64,000 nucleotides of DNA from Dictyostelium discoideum (GCA_000004695.1 CM000155.2:2592001-2656000), one strand, 5' to 3'. Counted from the first letter of the stretch, positions 39,133 through 55,170 are shown. Translations and numbers: made by a program. The notes: generated from the sequence alone by a model not told the origin.

Positions 39133-39683
39133 TTTTTAAAAATTTTTTAAATACTTATTATATTTTATTCAATATAAATTTTAATAAGAATAAAGTTTTT
39201 TATTTTTTTTTTTTTTTTTTAAACAAATAAGACTTTTTTTCTTTTTTTTTTTTTGGATTTTATTTTATGAAAATAAAATAAAAAAAAAAAAACAAACAGC
39301 AAGAATAAAATTATAAGGTGTAAATTATGAAAACTATTTAATAGTCTGGTGAAATGAAAAAAAAAAAAAAAAAAAAAAAAAAAACCAAAAAAAAATTTAA
39401 TTAAAAAAAAAAAAAAAAAGAATTCAAATTGTTTTCAAATAAACATAATATTAAGGCTGGTAACTGAATTCAAAAATTTTTTTTTTTATTTTTTAATTTT
39501 TTTTTTTTATTTTTTTTTATTTTTTTTTCAATTTTTTTTTAATTTTTTTTTTAATTTTAATTTTTAATATTAATTAAAATTTAAAGATTGTTGTGATCTT
39601 TCAAAATATATATATCAATTACAAATTTAATTAAATTTATATACATACATTTTATGTATATATATTATTAAATATAAGATTAG

Positions 39684-40667
39684 ATGGGACAACAACAATC
39701 ACAAAGTCAACAAATATTTGAAAATAATCCATATAATAAGAATGGATATCATGTTTTACAAGTTCATCCAAATTCACCAAGTACAGGTAAATTAGTACCA
39801 TTTTTTGATTTTATAGTTGCAGCCAATCAGGTTATATTTGAAAAAGAGGATAGCAGATTCTCTGATACATTCAAGAGTAATATTGGCAAATCTGTGCAAT
39901 TAATAGTATATAATATAAAGAGTGATACAACTAGGGAGGTTTCAATTACACCAAGTACAACTTGGGGTGGTCAGGGGTTAGCAGGTATTTCAATTCGTTA
40001 TTGTAGTTGGGAGAAAACCCTTGAAAATGTATGGCATGTTTTAGATGTTTATTTAAATTCACCAGCACATGAAGCAGAACTTCAAACTAGATTAGATTAC
40101 ATAGTGGGTACACCAGATTTAATTTTAAATGAACAAGAAGATTTCTTTACATTAATTAATAATAATATGTATCGTCCAATTCAATTATACGTTTATTCTT
40201 CTCTAACTGAACAAATTAGATTAGTAACAATTACTCCAAATAAAAATTGGGGTGGTTCTGGTAGTTTAGGTTGTGATATTGGTTTTGGTTTATTACATCG
40301 TATACCTACTAAACAAATGTTAACTTCACCAATGATAAATCATAATTCACAACAACAACAACCTCAACAACAACAACCACCACAAATACAACAACAACAA
40401 CAATCACCTCAACCACCACAAATACAACAACAACAACAACAACAACAACAAATAAATGCGCAACAACCAATACATCCTTCACCAATACATATACAGCAAC
40501 AAGTCCAACAACAAAACCAATTTTTAACACCACAAAAGGAAGATACCAATCCAATTACTAAGAATGAAGAACAGCAACCAATAAAATTCGATTTATCCGA
40601 ACAATTATTAAATGCACCAACTGTTGTTACTTCAAATGATAACCAGTTTAGTAAAGTTCAATTGTAA
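39684..40667 (+). CDS. Golgi reassembly-stacking protein (GRASP55/65 homologue), 327 aa
   Basis: N-terminal MGQQQS (myristoylation Gly2). Two GRASP PDZ-like domains, e.g. TPSTTWGGQGLAGISIRYCS and ITPNKNWGGSGSLGCDIGFGLLHRIP. Q/P-rich tail. Confidence 0.85.
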   Translation: MGQQQSQSQQIFENNPYNKNGYHVLQVHPNSPSTGKLVPFFDFIVAANQVIFEKEDSRFSDTFKSNIGKSVQLIVYNIKSDTTREVSITPSTTWGGQGLAGISIRYCSWEKTLENVWHVLDVYLNSPAHEAELQTRLDYIVGTPDLILNEQEDFFTLINNNMYRPIQLYVYSSLTEQIRLVTITPNKNWGGSGSLGCDIGFGLLHRIPTKQMLTSPMINHNSQQQQPQQQQPPQIQQQQQSPQPPQIQQQQQQQQQINAQQPIHPSPIHIQQQVQQQNQFLTPQKEDTNPITKNEEQQPIKFDLSEQLLNAPTVVTSNDNQFSKVQL

Positions 40668-40685
40668 ATAATAATAGTAATAATA

Positions 40686-40772
<87 letters not shown>

Positions 40773-40963
40773 CGTACATACTGTATTAGTGGTATTTTTA
40801 TATTATAATAAAATTCATGCCTTTATAAAAATTCATACTTTTTTATTTTTTTTATTTTGTTTTTTTTTAAACATGGAAAACTTTATTATTTTTTTTTTTA
40901 GTAACTAAATAATAATACCTATTATTAATGTCAGACAAATAATTAAACTTTAATTGTTGTAAT

Positions 40964-41009
<46 letters not shown>

Positions 41010-41194
41010 TATTTAAATTTAATAAAACTCTATCTTTATTAATAATTTCGCCATGGTTTTAATTTTTAAAAAATTTAACTCTCAGGAATGATTATTTTTA
41101 TCATCAAAGTATAATAAGTTCACACTGGTATACTATATTTTTTTTTCATTTTTATTTTTATTTTTTTAATTTATTTATTTTTTAATTGTGTTTT

Positions 41195-41873
41195 TTAAAT
41201 TTCCATATCATATTTACAAAGTGTATTAATTTCGCTATTTAATAATTGTCTAAGTGGAGTACCATCTCTATTATCTACCCATCTCTTTTCAACAGAGTCA
41301 TAGTCGAATCTTTTTGGACCACTCAATGGTGATGACCACCAAATTTGTCTGTTTGGAGTTTGTTTATTAATTACATAGGTTCCTTTATTTCCAACAATAA
41401 TTGTTAAAACACCATCCTAATATTTAATTAAAAATAATAAAAATAATAAATAAATATAATTTTTTTTTTTATTTTTTATTTTTTTTTTATTTTTTTTTTT
41501 TATAAATATTTACATTTCCTTCAACTTCAAAACCTTCGCATGTATTTGCTTCTGATAAAATCTCCAATCTGTCAACAAATAATTCAAATTCTTCATCTAC
41601 AATATCATGAAATAAATTAACATCACTTATTGGTTTAGTATTATTATTAATTGTACTAAATGATTTTGATAATTGTTGTTGTTGTTTATTGTGAGTGGTG
41701 ATAATGAAGATATTTGTTTTTGATACTGATGATTGTTTGTTGTTGTTGTTTATTGATGACCATTTAGAAGTTGAACTAATATTATTAATTAAAATTCTAT
41801 TTCTAATTGATGAGAATAATAATAATTTAGTATGTGTTTTATTTGATGCTTTGTTTAAAAAGTTGAAAATCAT
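41195..41873 (-). CDS. frataxin homologue (mitochondrial), 193 aa
   Basis: Model: join(41873..41514, 41416..41195), intron GTAAAT..TATTAG in phase 0. Conserved GVLTIIVGNKGTYVINKQTPNRQIWWSSPLSGPKRFDY. Confidence 0.85.
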
Positions 41874-41964
41874 TTTTTATTTTTTTTATTTTTTCCCAAA
41901 TAATGGAATTCGTGTAATTATGAAATTAAAAAAAAATAAAAAAAAAAAAAATAAAAAAAAAAAA

Positions 41965-42014
<50 letters not shown>

Positions 42015-42574
42015 ATATTAAATACATTGGGATTTGTTTTTCAAAATATCTTTCGGTGGATTTCCCAAAATATTCTTTAATATCAATATTTACATTTTTA
42101 AAAATAAAATAAAATAAAATAAAACGAAAAAAAAAAAAATTAAAATGAAATAAAAAAAAAAAAAAATTATATATATAATTATTATATTATTCAAGAAAAT
42201 TATTTTAAAATGTTATTAAAATTAGAAAAATAAAAAATAAAAAAATTTTATTTCACCATTAAGATAAAAATGCAATCCATCAAATAAAAAATTAGAAACA
42301 AAAATTTTTAAAATAGTAAAAAATATTACCAGAGCCAGTTTTACTATATTTAGACGTCTTTAAAAAGATTCTGGTGACGGATCTATTAAGATCTACCACA
42401 AAAAAAAAAAAAAATTAATTTTTTTTTAAAATTTTATTTTTTTTTACTAAAATTTAACGAATACTAACACAAAAAAACAAAAAATAAAAAAAAATACAAA
42501 AAAAAATAAAAATACAAAAAAAAATAAAATAATAATATTAGTCAAAAAAAAAAAATCGACTAAAATTCGTTTAC

Positions 42575-42611
<37 letters not shown>

Positions 42612-42710
42612 TTTTTTCTTAATCCAAAAAGGTTGGACCTAGAAAATAATAATAATAATAATAATAGTTTGGAAAATAATTTTTTTGAAAATTTTGAAAC
42701 CCCAGGGTAA

Positions 42711-42750
<40 letters not shown>

Positions 42751-43153
42751 ATTAAACTAATTTATTATTATTTTTATAATATTTATATTTTAATTATTAT
42801 TATTATTATTACTTCTTTTTTATTTAATTATTTCTTTTTTCTTTTTTTTTTTAAAAAAAAAAAAAAGATTATTTTTTAAAGTTTTTAGAAATGTTTATTT
42901 AAAATATTTAATTTTTTCATATTTATATAGATCAGAATTATTAATTGATAATAAAGTTACTAGAGGTGTACCAACATTTCCAAAATTATTAAATAATGTT
43001 ACCATTTCAAAAGGTTCAGGATTTTGTAACTTTTTTTGTAAAAATTTATTTTTAGGAAATTCAGAAGAGAATAAACAAATTAAACAATTATTAAAAAAGG
43101 AAGGTTTAGATAAATTCTCATTTTTATCAAATTTTTATATTAATAGTTTTGTT

Positions 43154-44470
43154 GTGGATAATTTATCGTTATCAGTGTTTCAAGATTATGGTAGTTTTGT
43201 TAAAACACCAATACCAATTTTAAAAGATTTAAAAATTATTTGGAAAAAAGAACATGATGATACTCAACAACCAACAAAAGAAATTGAATTTTTAAAACAA
43301 TATGTTAATTTAAAAAGTGATTATTTACAAATTCAAAAATTATCAATGTTAAAAATTAATGATACCGCTGTCACCATATCAACCATTAAACATTTAGAAA
43401 TTAGAAATTTAAATAATATTAAATTAAATAATATTGAAACCCCATTACCAAATAGTTTAACAAAGTTAACGATAGGGGAGGGGTATGAGTATCCATTATC
43501 TACCGATATGGTACATGGTGGTATTAAATGTTTAAACGTTGGTTACAAATGGAATTTTAATTTATCAAATAATACAACACCAACAAATTTAACACAATTA
43601 ACATTAGGTGATTGTTATAATCAGTCATTTACTAATGAAAGTTTCCCAAATAATATTAAGATTTTAAAATTGGGTAGAGATTTCAATCAATTTTCATCAC
43701 TTGAAAATTTAAATCCAAATATTCATACATTGAAATTTAATAATAATTTTAATAATCCAATATTCTGTGAATTAAAATTACCAAATTCAATTACAACATT
43801 AGAATTTGGTGATCATTTTAACCAAGAAATTAATGAAAATACCTTTACAAACTGTCATGGTTTAAAGAATTTAAAATTTGGTAAATCATTTTCAAAAATT
43901 TTATCTTTAAATAATGTTCCACATTTTATTGAAAAATTAATAATACCATTTAAAACTAAACTTTTAATTACTGATCAACAATTATTTAATAAATTCTATT
44001 CAATTGAAAATCAATTAAAATTAAATAATAATCATTTAAGAATTAATTGTAAACATATTTTAAATAATAATGATAATAATAATAATATCAGTGAATTTAA
44101 ATTTCCAATTAATTGTAATTCAGTAACATTTGAAGATAATTCTTATATTGAATATGTTAATAGAATTTTACCAAATTCTATTAAATATTTAGAATTTGGT
44201 GAAAATTTTAGAAATGAAAAATCACCAGATCAATTTAATAAGAGATTAACAATTAGAGCAAGAGATATACCAAGAAGAACAACTCATTTATCAATTCAAT
44301 CTAAAGATGTAATTTTGGATTATATTCCATCAAATATTACTCATTTAAAAACTTGTTCAAATTATTCTCATCCAATTAATATTTTACCTTTTAATCATTT
44401 AGTTTCACTTAAAACAAGTTTATCAAATGTTTCTTATTTAAAAAAAACCAATTTTAATGATTTAGTTTAA
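43154..44470 (+). CDS. FNIP-repeat-containing protein (5' end unresolved)
   Basis: Tandem FNIP repeats (LP.SIT.LEFG..FNQ.I). The track's start at 43154 is GTG. The frame is open back to a stop at 42791 with no in-frame ATG before codon ~64 of the listed ORF. Confidence 0.6.
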   Translation: MDNLSLSVFQDYGSFVKTPIPILKDLKIIWKKEHDDTQQPTKEIEFLKQYVNLKSDYLQIQKLSMLKINDTAVTISTIKHLEIRNLNNIKLNNIETPLPNSLTKLTIGEGYEYPLSTDMVHGGIKCLNVGYKWNFNLSNNTTPTNLTQLTLGDCYNQSFTNESFPNNIKILKLGRDFNQFSSLENLNPNIHTLKFNNNFNNPIFCELKLPNSITTLEFGDHFNQEINENTFTNCHGLKNLKFGKSFSKILSLNNVPHFIEKLIIPFKTKLLITDQQLFNKFYSIENQLKLNNNHLRINCKHILNNNDNNNNISEFKFPINCNSVTFEDNSYIEYVNRILPNSIKYLEFGENFRNEKSPDQFNKRLTIRARDIPRRTTHLSIQSKDVILDYIPSNITHLKTCSNYSHPINILPFNHLVSLKTSLSNVSYLKKTNFNDLV

Positions 44471-44769
44471 ATTAAAAAAATAAAGAAAATTTATGATTAT
44501 TATTGTGAGTTAAATAAATTAAAAAAAAATTTTTTATTTCTTAAATCATAATAATCAAAAATCATTTTGTGTGTTAAATAAATTAAAAAAATGTTTTTAT
44601 TTCTTTTTTTATTAATTAATTCAAAAATCATAATGGTTACATTAATTTTTTTTATATTTAATATCATTTAGTGTATTTTCGAGTTTTCTATTTATTTAAA
44701 TTAAATCCATAATAAATAAAATTAAATAATTGTTTTAAAAAATAAAAAAAAATAAAAAAAAAAAAAAAA

Positions 44770-44804
<35 letters not shown>

Positions 44805-44825
44805 CCCAAACCAAATCGGAATTGG

Positions 44826-44869
<44 letters not shown>

Positions 44870-44917
44870 CATTTAATTTTTTTTAAAAAACGAACGAAAA
44901 AAAAAAAAAAAAAAAAA

Positions 44918-46502
44918 ATGACCCCAAGTTTAAAAGATTTAGGTAATCAATTTTATACAAAAGGTGATTATGATAAAGCTATTGAATTATATAAACAAGG
45001 TATTCAAGAGATATTAGATGATAATAATATAGTAAATGAAGATAGTAATAATCAATTATCATTAATAACAAGTAATTTATCAATTTCATATTATCAATTA
45101 AAAAGATATCAAGAATCATTAGAATGGGCATTAAAATCAATAGAATATAATCCAAAATCAGCAAAACCATATTTAAGAGCTGGTGATGCATATATTGAAT
45201 TATCAAATTATAAAGATGCAAAAGAGAAATATTTATTATGTATTAAAAATATAAATACAAATGATGAAACCGCTAAAAATTTATTAAATCAAGCTTCAAA
45301 CTCTTTACAAAATGCAAAGATGAAACAATTTTATCAACCAATTCTAGAAGGTTCACCAGCATTATATGATCGTGTTGAAATTAAATATTTAGATTCCATT
45401 AGAGAGAAAGCATTATTTGCAAAAGTACCAATTCAAAAAGGTGAAATCATTTTCTCTGATTTACCATTCATTCATCAATTAAGTGTTGATAGTTTTAAAT
45501 TACATCATAATGATATTTGTAATCATTGTATTAAATTCATTGATTCATCAGCAGCAATAATAAAATGTAATAATACAAATGGTTGTAAATATCAATATTG
45601 TAGTGAAAAATGTAAATTAGAATCATTTAGTTATCATAATCAATCATGTATGAATAATTCAGATTTGGTTTTATCCTCAAATCATCCAATTTCAAAATAT
45701 AGAGCAATGGTTGAAAATGTACCAACTTCAACTCAATTACTTTTGGTTGAATCTTTAATTTCAATGATTAGTCATTTATTAAAAACAAAACAAGCAAAAA
45801 ATTGTAATTTAGCACTTGGTACTATCACTCATTTAAAAAGAGGTCCATTAATGGCTCAACAATCTTCTTTTAATGGAAAGAATCTTGAAGATTTACAAAA
45901 ACAATATCAACCTTTACTTTCACTTTTAGAAGATGCCTATGGTTTAAAATTAAAAGAACATTTAGATGATCAATTATTAAAAAATGAATTTAAAAAATGT
46001 AAGATCATTTAAAAAAATAATATAAATTATTAATTAATTAATAATAATAATAATAGATACTAATTTTAAAATTATAGTATTTAGTGTTGATTTTTATGAT
46101 AATTTATTAGGTATGATTAATTTTAATTCAACATCAACAGTTGTTAAATCTGGAAAAAAAATTGAAATTCAAGTACCAGTTACAACAACAGGTAAGGGAA
46201 AGAAATCTAATAATCAAGTAAAAACTACAACTAAAACAATTGAAAATTCTTGTTGGGGTGTTGGTTTATTCCCAATTTTCTCATGTATGAATCATTCTTG
46301 TTTTCCAAATGTTGAAATTTCAAATGAAATAATTGATGGTGTTACTTCTGTTAGAATGGTTGTAAAAGCTAAAAAGAATATACCTGCTGGTTCTGAAATA
46401 CTTCATTCCTATTGTGATGAAACTTTATCAAATAAAGAGAGAAAAGATATTTTATTCTCTCAATATGGTTTTAAATGTACATGTAATAAATGTTCAAAAT
46501 AA
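44918..46502 (+). CDS. SET and MYND domain protein (SMYD-like lysine methyltransferase) with N-terminal TPR, ~490 aa
   Basis: Model: join(44918..45998, 46111..46502), intron GTAAGA..TTATTAG in phase 1. MYND-type C-x2-C...C-x2-C cluster. SET C-terminus NHSCFPN, ILHSYCD, and post-SET FKCTCNKC. Confidence 0.75.
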
Positions 46503-46703
46503 AAAAAATTTAAAATAAAAGTAAAAAAACGATATTAAAGTGTTTGTGGTTTTCGATTTTTTATTTTTATTTTTATTTTTATTTTTTATTTTTTATTTTT
46601 TTTTTTCATTCGTTTTTTAAAAATTTTTTATTTTTTTTCATTTTTTTTTTTTTTTTTTTTTTTTCATTTGGTAATTTTCTTTTAGAAATAAATAAAATAA
46701 ATA

Positions 46704-48881
<2,178 letters not shown>

Positions 48882-49913
48882 TTTAATTAATAAAATCATT
48901 TAACTTTGATTTATTTTTTTTTTTTTAAAAAAAATTATTTAAATAGATTTATTTATTGAATTGAAAAATTTATTTGTTTAGAAAAAAAAAATCATTAAAA
49001 CCCACCCATTTACTTCTTTTAATTTCAAGATTAAAATAGTTCTTGGTGGTAGGGTTATTAAAAATAAATTTAAGAATTTTTTCAAACTTTATAAATAATT
49101 GATTACTTTTAGAATTCTTAATACTTTTTTTTTTTTTTTTTGGATATTTTGTTGATATTTTTATTTTATTTTTTTTATTTTTATTTTTTTTATTGAAAAG
49201 AAGATATTATAAACTCTTATAAATGGTGAATCATATTTATCCAATTTACAATTTTTAAATCAGTTGAAAGAATAAAATTATTTCGATTGTACCATTTAGT
49301 TATGTAGAATTTTTAATTCATTGAAACTTTAAAATCTTAAAAAAAAAATATTCTGCGACCCGTTAAGTTTTTAATATAAAATATTAAATGAAAAGCCCCA
49401 ACATAAAATGTAGAATGAATTATTTTGATTTACGGTGATTAATTAATTTTTTTTTTTTTTTTTTCTCGCTATGACCCAACGAGATTTTCTGAAAAAAAAT
49501 ATAAACATGGATCCATTAAAAAAAAAAAATTCTCCAAAAGCAAAGAAAAATTTTTTTGTTTGCTTTAAGCGAATATCATTTGTTAACAATTTTAATTTTC
49601 TAAACAATTATTTTAAAATAACACCAATGTTTTTTTTTTTAAATAATTTTTTTTTCTGTAAAATAAACCAGATCAACTTTATATTTTTTTTTTAAAAAAA
49701 AAATCTTCAAAAACTAATAAAAATTTAAAGCGAAATATCGTTCGTAAACAATTTTAATTGTCTAAAAATTTTTTTTTTTTCTAAACACCCAACCATTTTT
49801 TTTTTTTTTTTTTTTTTTCTTATTGATTTTATTAAAATAATATTCTTGAAAGACAAAAAAAACGTGAATATTGGGGCTTAATTTGTCATACAGACACACA
49901 AGAGAAAGATTGG

Positions 49914-49968
<55 letters not shown>

Positions 49969-50030
49969 CTTATTTAAACCAAAAATTATTCTTACATTTT
50001 GTTCATTATCATTCTAAACTAATATTAAAA

Positions 50031-51476
50031 ATGATTAAATTATCAAATTTTATTTTATTATTCTTTATTTATATAACCATTTTGCTTGTAAATTCTCAAG
50101 ATATTTACGTTAATTACAACGTTCCAAAAGGTTACAGTACTTTCGATGAATGTGGTGATTGGAATACTCCTTGTGTTTCCATAGAAGATGCCGGTAAAAG
50201 AGCCATTTCAAATTCAATTGCTTCTGGTGTAGATCAATTTATCACTATTGTTGGAAATGTCGATGGAACCACATCAGCCTCATTTAGTAACTTGTACAAG
50301 TATTGTGGTACTTTAAATATCAGATCATATAATAACGTACCTGTTACAATTGATGGATCATCTTCAACTACTCCATTTATTACTATTGAAGAGAATGAAG
50401 TTGTGAGTTGTAACAAAAAAAGAAGATATATATTTAGATTCTTACAATTTGAAAACTGGGATCAAACTTTAGCAAAAATTAACATTAATCAAGAAACAAA
50501 CCTTGCCTCTATTGAAGACTCAAAGAATGTTGCTATTGCATTTTTTAACTCTAAATTGACTTCAATAAGTAGTCTTTCTCTTATATATCCAAAGAATATT
50601 GGATATGAATATAATCAGATTGCAACCTCAATTACCTTTAATACTTTAGTAGCTGAAAAATTAACATCATCTTCAACTCTCTTTGCACCAAATTCAATTA
50701 CCAACTATTTACCCCCAGTTTACATAGTTGGTGGTACAACTAGTTTCTACTCTGCCACCTTTAATGATAATAACTTTACTACCACTCCCTTCATTTATAC
50801 TGTTGGCGGAGAGTCAAGATTTACTTCAAGCATAGTTTTTAATAATAGTATCTTTTGTACTCCATTTTCATTTGCAAATGCAGCTATTGGAACTTATAGA
50901 AATTTAGTTTTCAACGACTATAAACTTACAACTTTAGTTCAAGCTACCGGAACACCAGTTTTATCTTATTCTTTAATGAATATTCATGTAACTTTAAATA
51001 CAGCCCAAGATGTCCCATCTGGTTTCTGTTCTATCAATCAATATTTGGGTTATACTTTTAGTGACTCATTCATTGTTGTAAAGGATAGTGGTAGCTCACC
51101 TATCTATTCAAATGTTTACCCATCATCATCTTCAAATCGTATTCCTGTATTAATTGATAATTCTAATGTTTCCTTTTGGCCTTACCTTAATTTAGTTGAA
51201 ACTAGTTTTGATTTTAATTTTGTCAATAGCCAGATAAGCTTGTATTATCCAATAGGTGATTCAAATGGTATTATTAGAGGAAGTAATTCAACTATAATGT
51301 TACATTCAGTAGAAGATAATAGCGTTGCTTGTGGTTGTTCAAATTGTCATTTCGATAGCATGATCGGTACAATAGAATGCCCAATAGTCACACCAACTCC
51401 ATCAACCTGTATGTGTTCTTGTCCATGTGTATCATCCTCATCATCCTCATTATCATCTTCATCATTTTCATTATAG
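50031..51476 (+). CDS. secreted Cys-rich/Ser-tailed protein (481 aa, signal peptide), unknown family
   Basis: N-terminal MIKLSNFILLFFIYITILLVNSQD. C-terminal CGCSNCHF..CPIVTPTPSTCMCSCPC followed by poly-Ser. Confidence 0.6.
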   Translation: MIKLSNFILLFFIYITILLVNSQDIYVNYNVPKGYSTFDECGDWNTPCVSIEDAGKRAISNSIASGVDQFITIVGNVDGTTSASFSNLYKYCGTLNIRSYNNVPVTIDGSSSTTPFITIEENEVVSCNKKRRYIFRFLQFENWDQTLAKININQETNLASIEDSKNVAIAFFNSKLTSISSLSLIYPKNIGYEYNQIATSITFNTLVAEKLTSSSTLFAPNSITNYLPPVYIVGGTTSFYSATFNDNNFTTTPFIYTVGGESRFTSSIVFNNSIFCTPFSFANAAIGTYRNLVFNDYKLTTLVQATGTPVLSYSLMNIHVTLNTAQDVPSGFCSINQYLGYTFSDSFIVVKDSGSSPIYSNVYPSSSSNRIPVLIDNSNVSFWPYLNLVETSFDFNFVNSQISLYYPIGDSNGIIRGSNSTIMLHSVEDNSVACGCSNCHFDSMIGTIECPIVTPTPSTCMCSCPCVSSSSSSLSSSSFSL

Positions 51477-51747
51477 AAATTAATAATCAATACAGCCAAT
51501 AGTAGATTTTAAAATAATACAAGTAAATTTTTTTTTTCAATTATTTATAAAAAATAATATCGTTTTTTAATAATAATATTGTTCTTTATTTAATTTATAA
51601 ATAATAATATTGTTCTTTATTTACAATTTTTTTTTTTTAAATTTCAATAAGCATTTGTTCAATTTTTATATGGCAAAAAAAGAATTTATTTTTGGTTTTT
51701 TTTTTTTTTTTTTTTTTTTTTTATTTTTAAATTTTAATATTTTAAAA

Positions 51748-52329
51748 ATGAATGATAACATCGATATTGTTTTTTTTAAATGTTGGAGAAATATTGTAAT
51801 TAATAGGGAGATTTTTTATTATGTATCACTATATAGACATCAAATTGAGTATTGCGTTGAAGGAGTAAGCGAACTAGGAGAAGTTGATTTAGAGATAAAG
51901 AATAAAATAATAAATTTAACTTATATGGGTCACGAAATGATTAAATATTGTTCAAGTTTTAATGATTATACATCATTAAAAAGAATAAAATTTACAAATA
52001 ATTCAATGGCTTCAATTAATGGATCTGTATTTCCTGATACAGTTGAAGAGGTTATTTATCCATGGGGTAATAATAGTGTAAATACATATCTTTCAAACCT
52101 TCCAAAATCAGTTACTTCAGTTAAAAATGTATTTTATAAATTTAGTTTAAAACCAGAATATCTTGCAGTTAATCAATATAAACCAACATTGCCACAAAAA
52201 TTATCAATTCCAAATTCAATTAAATCAATGAGTTTTAGTAAATTTTCAAAATTTAATCAAACTTTAAAACCATCGCAACAAAATGAACGAAATAATAATA
52301 ATAATAACAATAATAATAATAATAATAAT

Positions 52330-52373
<44 letters not shown>

Positions 52374-53364
52374 TGGTGATGATAAAATTAAAATACCAAA
52401 ATCAATTACATCACTTGACCTTGGAATTAATTTTATGAATGGTGGTAAAATATTAGAAGTTGGATCAATACCAAATTCAATTAAAATATTAGATTTAGGT
52501 TATTATAATTTAGAGTTATTAGAAAATGTAATACCAGATTCAGTAACATATTTAAAAGTTTATCATCCAAATAAAAATCAATTAATTTTACCAAAGAATT
52601 CAATTAAATCATTGTTAATAAGATATAATAGTATAATACCTGATAATAAAACTAGTATCAATATCCAATCAATACCATCAAGTGTAACAAAATTAGATTT
52701 AGAAACTGGTGTATTTCCAATTGATTCAAATTCAATACCATCAAGTGTAACACATTTAGAATTTAGAGAGAATTTTAATATACCAATTACAAAATCATTA
52801 CTTGAATCATGTAAAGATAGTTTAAAAATAATAAAAATACCAAACTCTTTTAATTTAATTATTGAAAATGATTCATTAAATCAATGTTTAAATTTAAAAA
52901 CTTTGGAATTTTATGAAAAGGTCAATTTAGGTTATTTCAATAGAAATGAAATTGGTTGGAATAAGGATAATTTACCATTGGATTTCTTTCCGATTTCTTT
53001 AACTTCTTTATCATTGGGTAATGGGTTTGATCAATTATTAAAACCTGGTTTATTACCACAATCATTACGTTCTCTTTATTTAGGTTCTTCTTTTAATAAA
53101 CCTTTGTTATTAAATTCTTTACCAAATGGTTTATTAGTTTTAAAGTTTAACCAAGATTCAAGATTTAATCATCCAATTGAGGTTGGAGTTTTACCAGTTA
53201 CATTAATTACTTTAGAATTTGGTTATGCATTTTCTTTTAAAATTACTGACCCAAATATTCTTCCAAAATCTTTACAATATCTAGTTTTACCAAGTGAAAC
53301 ATCTTCAATTTCAAAGAATGCAATTCCTAAATCAATTAAAGATTTAAGATATCTTTATTTTTAA
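51748..53364 (+). CDS. FNIP-repeat-containing protein, 538 aa
   Basis: True ATG is at 51748 (aaaATGaat); the track's 51610 start lies in a poly-T leader. N-terminal IVFFKCWRNIVINREIFYYV is typical of the family. Tandem FNIP repeats follow. Confidence 0.7.
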
Positions 53365-53692
53365 TAAAATAAAAAAAAATTAAAGAATTAACATCTAATT
53401 CCTTATTATAAAATCTTACAAGGATTCGGAAAAATGAGAAAGATATTTATTTCCTCCCATGGGATTTTTTTTTTTTTTTTGATTCTTAGATTATAAATAA
53501 CTTTCACATAATAATAAAATGTAGAAAGTTACAAAAAAAAAAAAAAAAAAATGAAAGAGAGCACATGTGCCCAAAAAAAGTTATTATCAAATAAAAATGA
53601 ATTAATAAATCCAATACAATTTACCAACCAACCAATTAATTTATAATAATTATATAATTAAATTAATAGTTTATTTTGTTTGTTGTCTTTAA

Positions 53693-53728
<36 letters not shown>

Positions 53729-54199
53729 AAATAAATAAATAAATAAATAAATAAAAATAAAAATAAATATAAAAAATTAAAATAAATCAATATAATGGTA
53801 TCAAAGTTAAATCAATCATGAGAATAATATTAAATCAATATTAACAAAAAAAAGTGCCACTCAAAAAAATAAAAAAACACAAATCCAAAACACCTAAATT
53901 TTAATTATTCACATTTATTATTTATTTAAAAATAATAAAAATAAATAATTTATTAAGGTGCAATTGAAGATATTGCAATTAGTTAGTGTGGTTTTAAAAA
54001 TAAAAAAAAAAAAAAAATAAAAAATTATTTTTATTCTCAAAACCCTAAGACTTACCCTCTGAATTTAAAAAATTTGCAACAAAAAATATTTTGAAAAAGG
54101 GGTTAACAAAAAAAAAAAAACCACACTTCATTTATAAATGGAGCATCACACCCAAGCTCATTTCTCCAGATCCTCTATATTTATAATTTTATGGTTTTT

Positions 54200-54285
<86 letters not shown>

Positions 54286-54589
54286 TTTATATTTTATTTT
54301 ATTTTTTTTTTTTTTTTTTTTTATTTTTTAAATTTTTTTTTTTTTTTTCTTTATTAAAAATTATTTTTATTAATTTTTTATTTTATCTTTTTTTTTTTTA
54401 TCTATTTATTTATTAAAAATTATATTTTCCAGTAATAATTAAATTTCTCTTTTTATATTTATCTAAATTATTAATAAAGCCAAATTCAAAAAAGTAAAAT
54501 TTAAATAAAAATGGAATAAACAATGTCTCTTATCACCAATAACTAAACTACAATTAAAATAATTTGATGCCATTTCAAATCTGAGTGTT

Positions 54590-55170
54590 GTTTGTCATAT
54601 ATGGTATAATAAATAAAGATAATAAAGCACTTGCTTGTCGAGGTCTTATCACAGTTTCTGGTAACAAATTATTGACAAGTGACAATGAATTCAAAGTTAA
54701 AGTATTAGCAAATAATTAAAATACTACAGTAATTGTTTAAAATGAAAAGATATTAATAGTTAGAGCTGATAACATGGAGCGTCCACTCTTTGTTTCAACA
54801 TTTATTGGGAATAAACTCGGACCATATTCAATTTTGACATATTGAGATCCAAGGATTACAGTTATTAGATCGATTAAAAATAAAAGAGATGGTATTTCAA
54901 TAAGAGTGGGTGGTATTAGTTTACAAAGTATTTATTTTCAAGATTAGGACTTGAATCAGTTTCTCTTTCATGTAATTTACAATGTGGTTCTTCACCAAAT
55001 GAAACATTTTATTATAGTAATTCAAAATTAAGTTCAAGTGAAACTGATATTACAAATAGTACTGATTATTTATCATGCTATTCAAATTTAATTGTTGATG
55101 AAACATCAGGACTTTTATATCTCCAATTAGGCTCAACATCATTTAATTGTGTAAAAAACTCTTTCAAATA
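54590..55170 (+). pseudogene. degenerate remnant of a Cys-rich secreted-protein gene
   Basis: One long reading frame carries four in-frame stops plus a +1 shift near 54940 into a clean Cys-rich tail ([67 protein letters not shown]). The track has no ORF of 60 aa or more here. Confidence 0.45.

Noticed and set aside
54138-54416. 92-aa ORF MEHHTQAHF..YYYYY
   Set aside because: It lies entirely within (TTA)n and poly-T intergenic sequence and has no coding signal.
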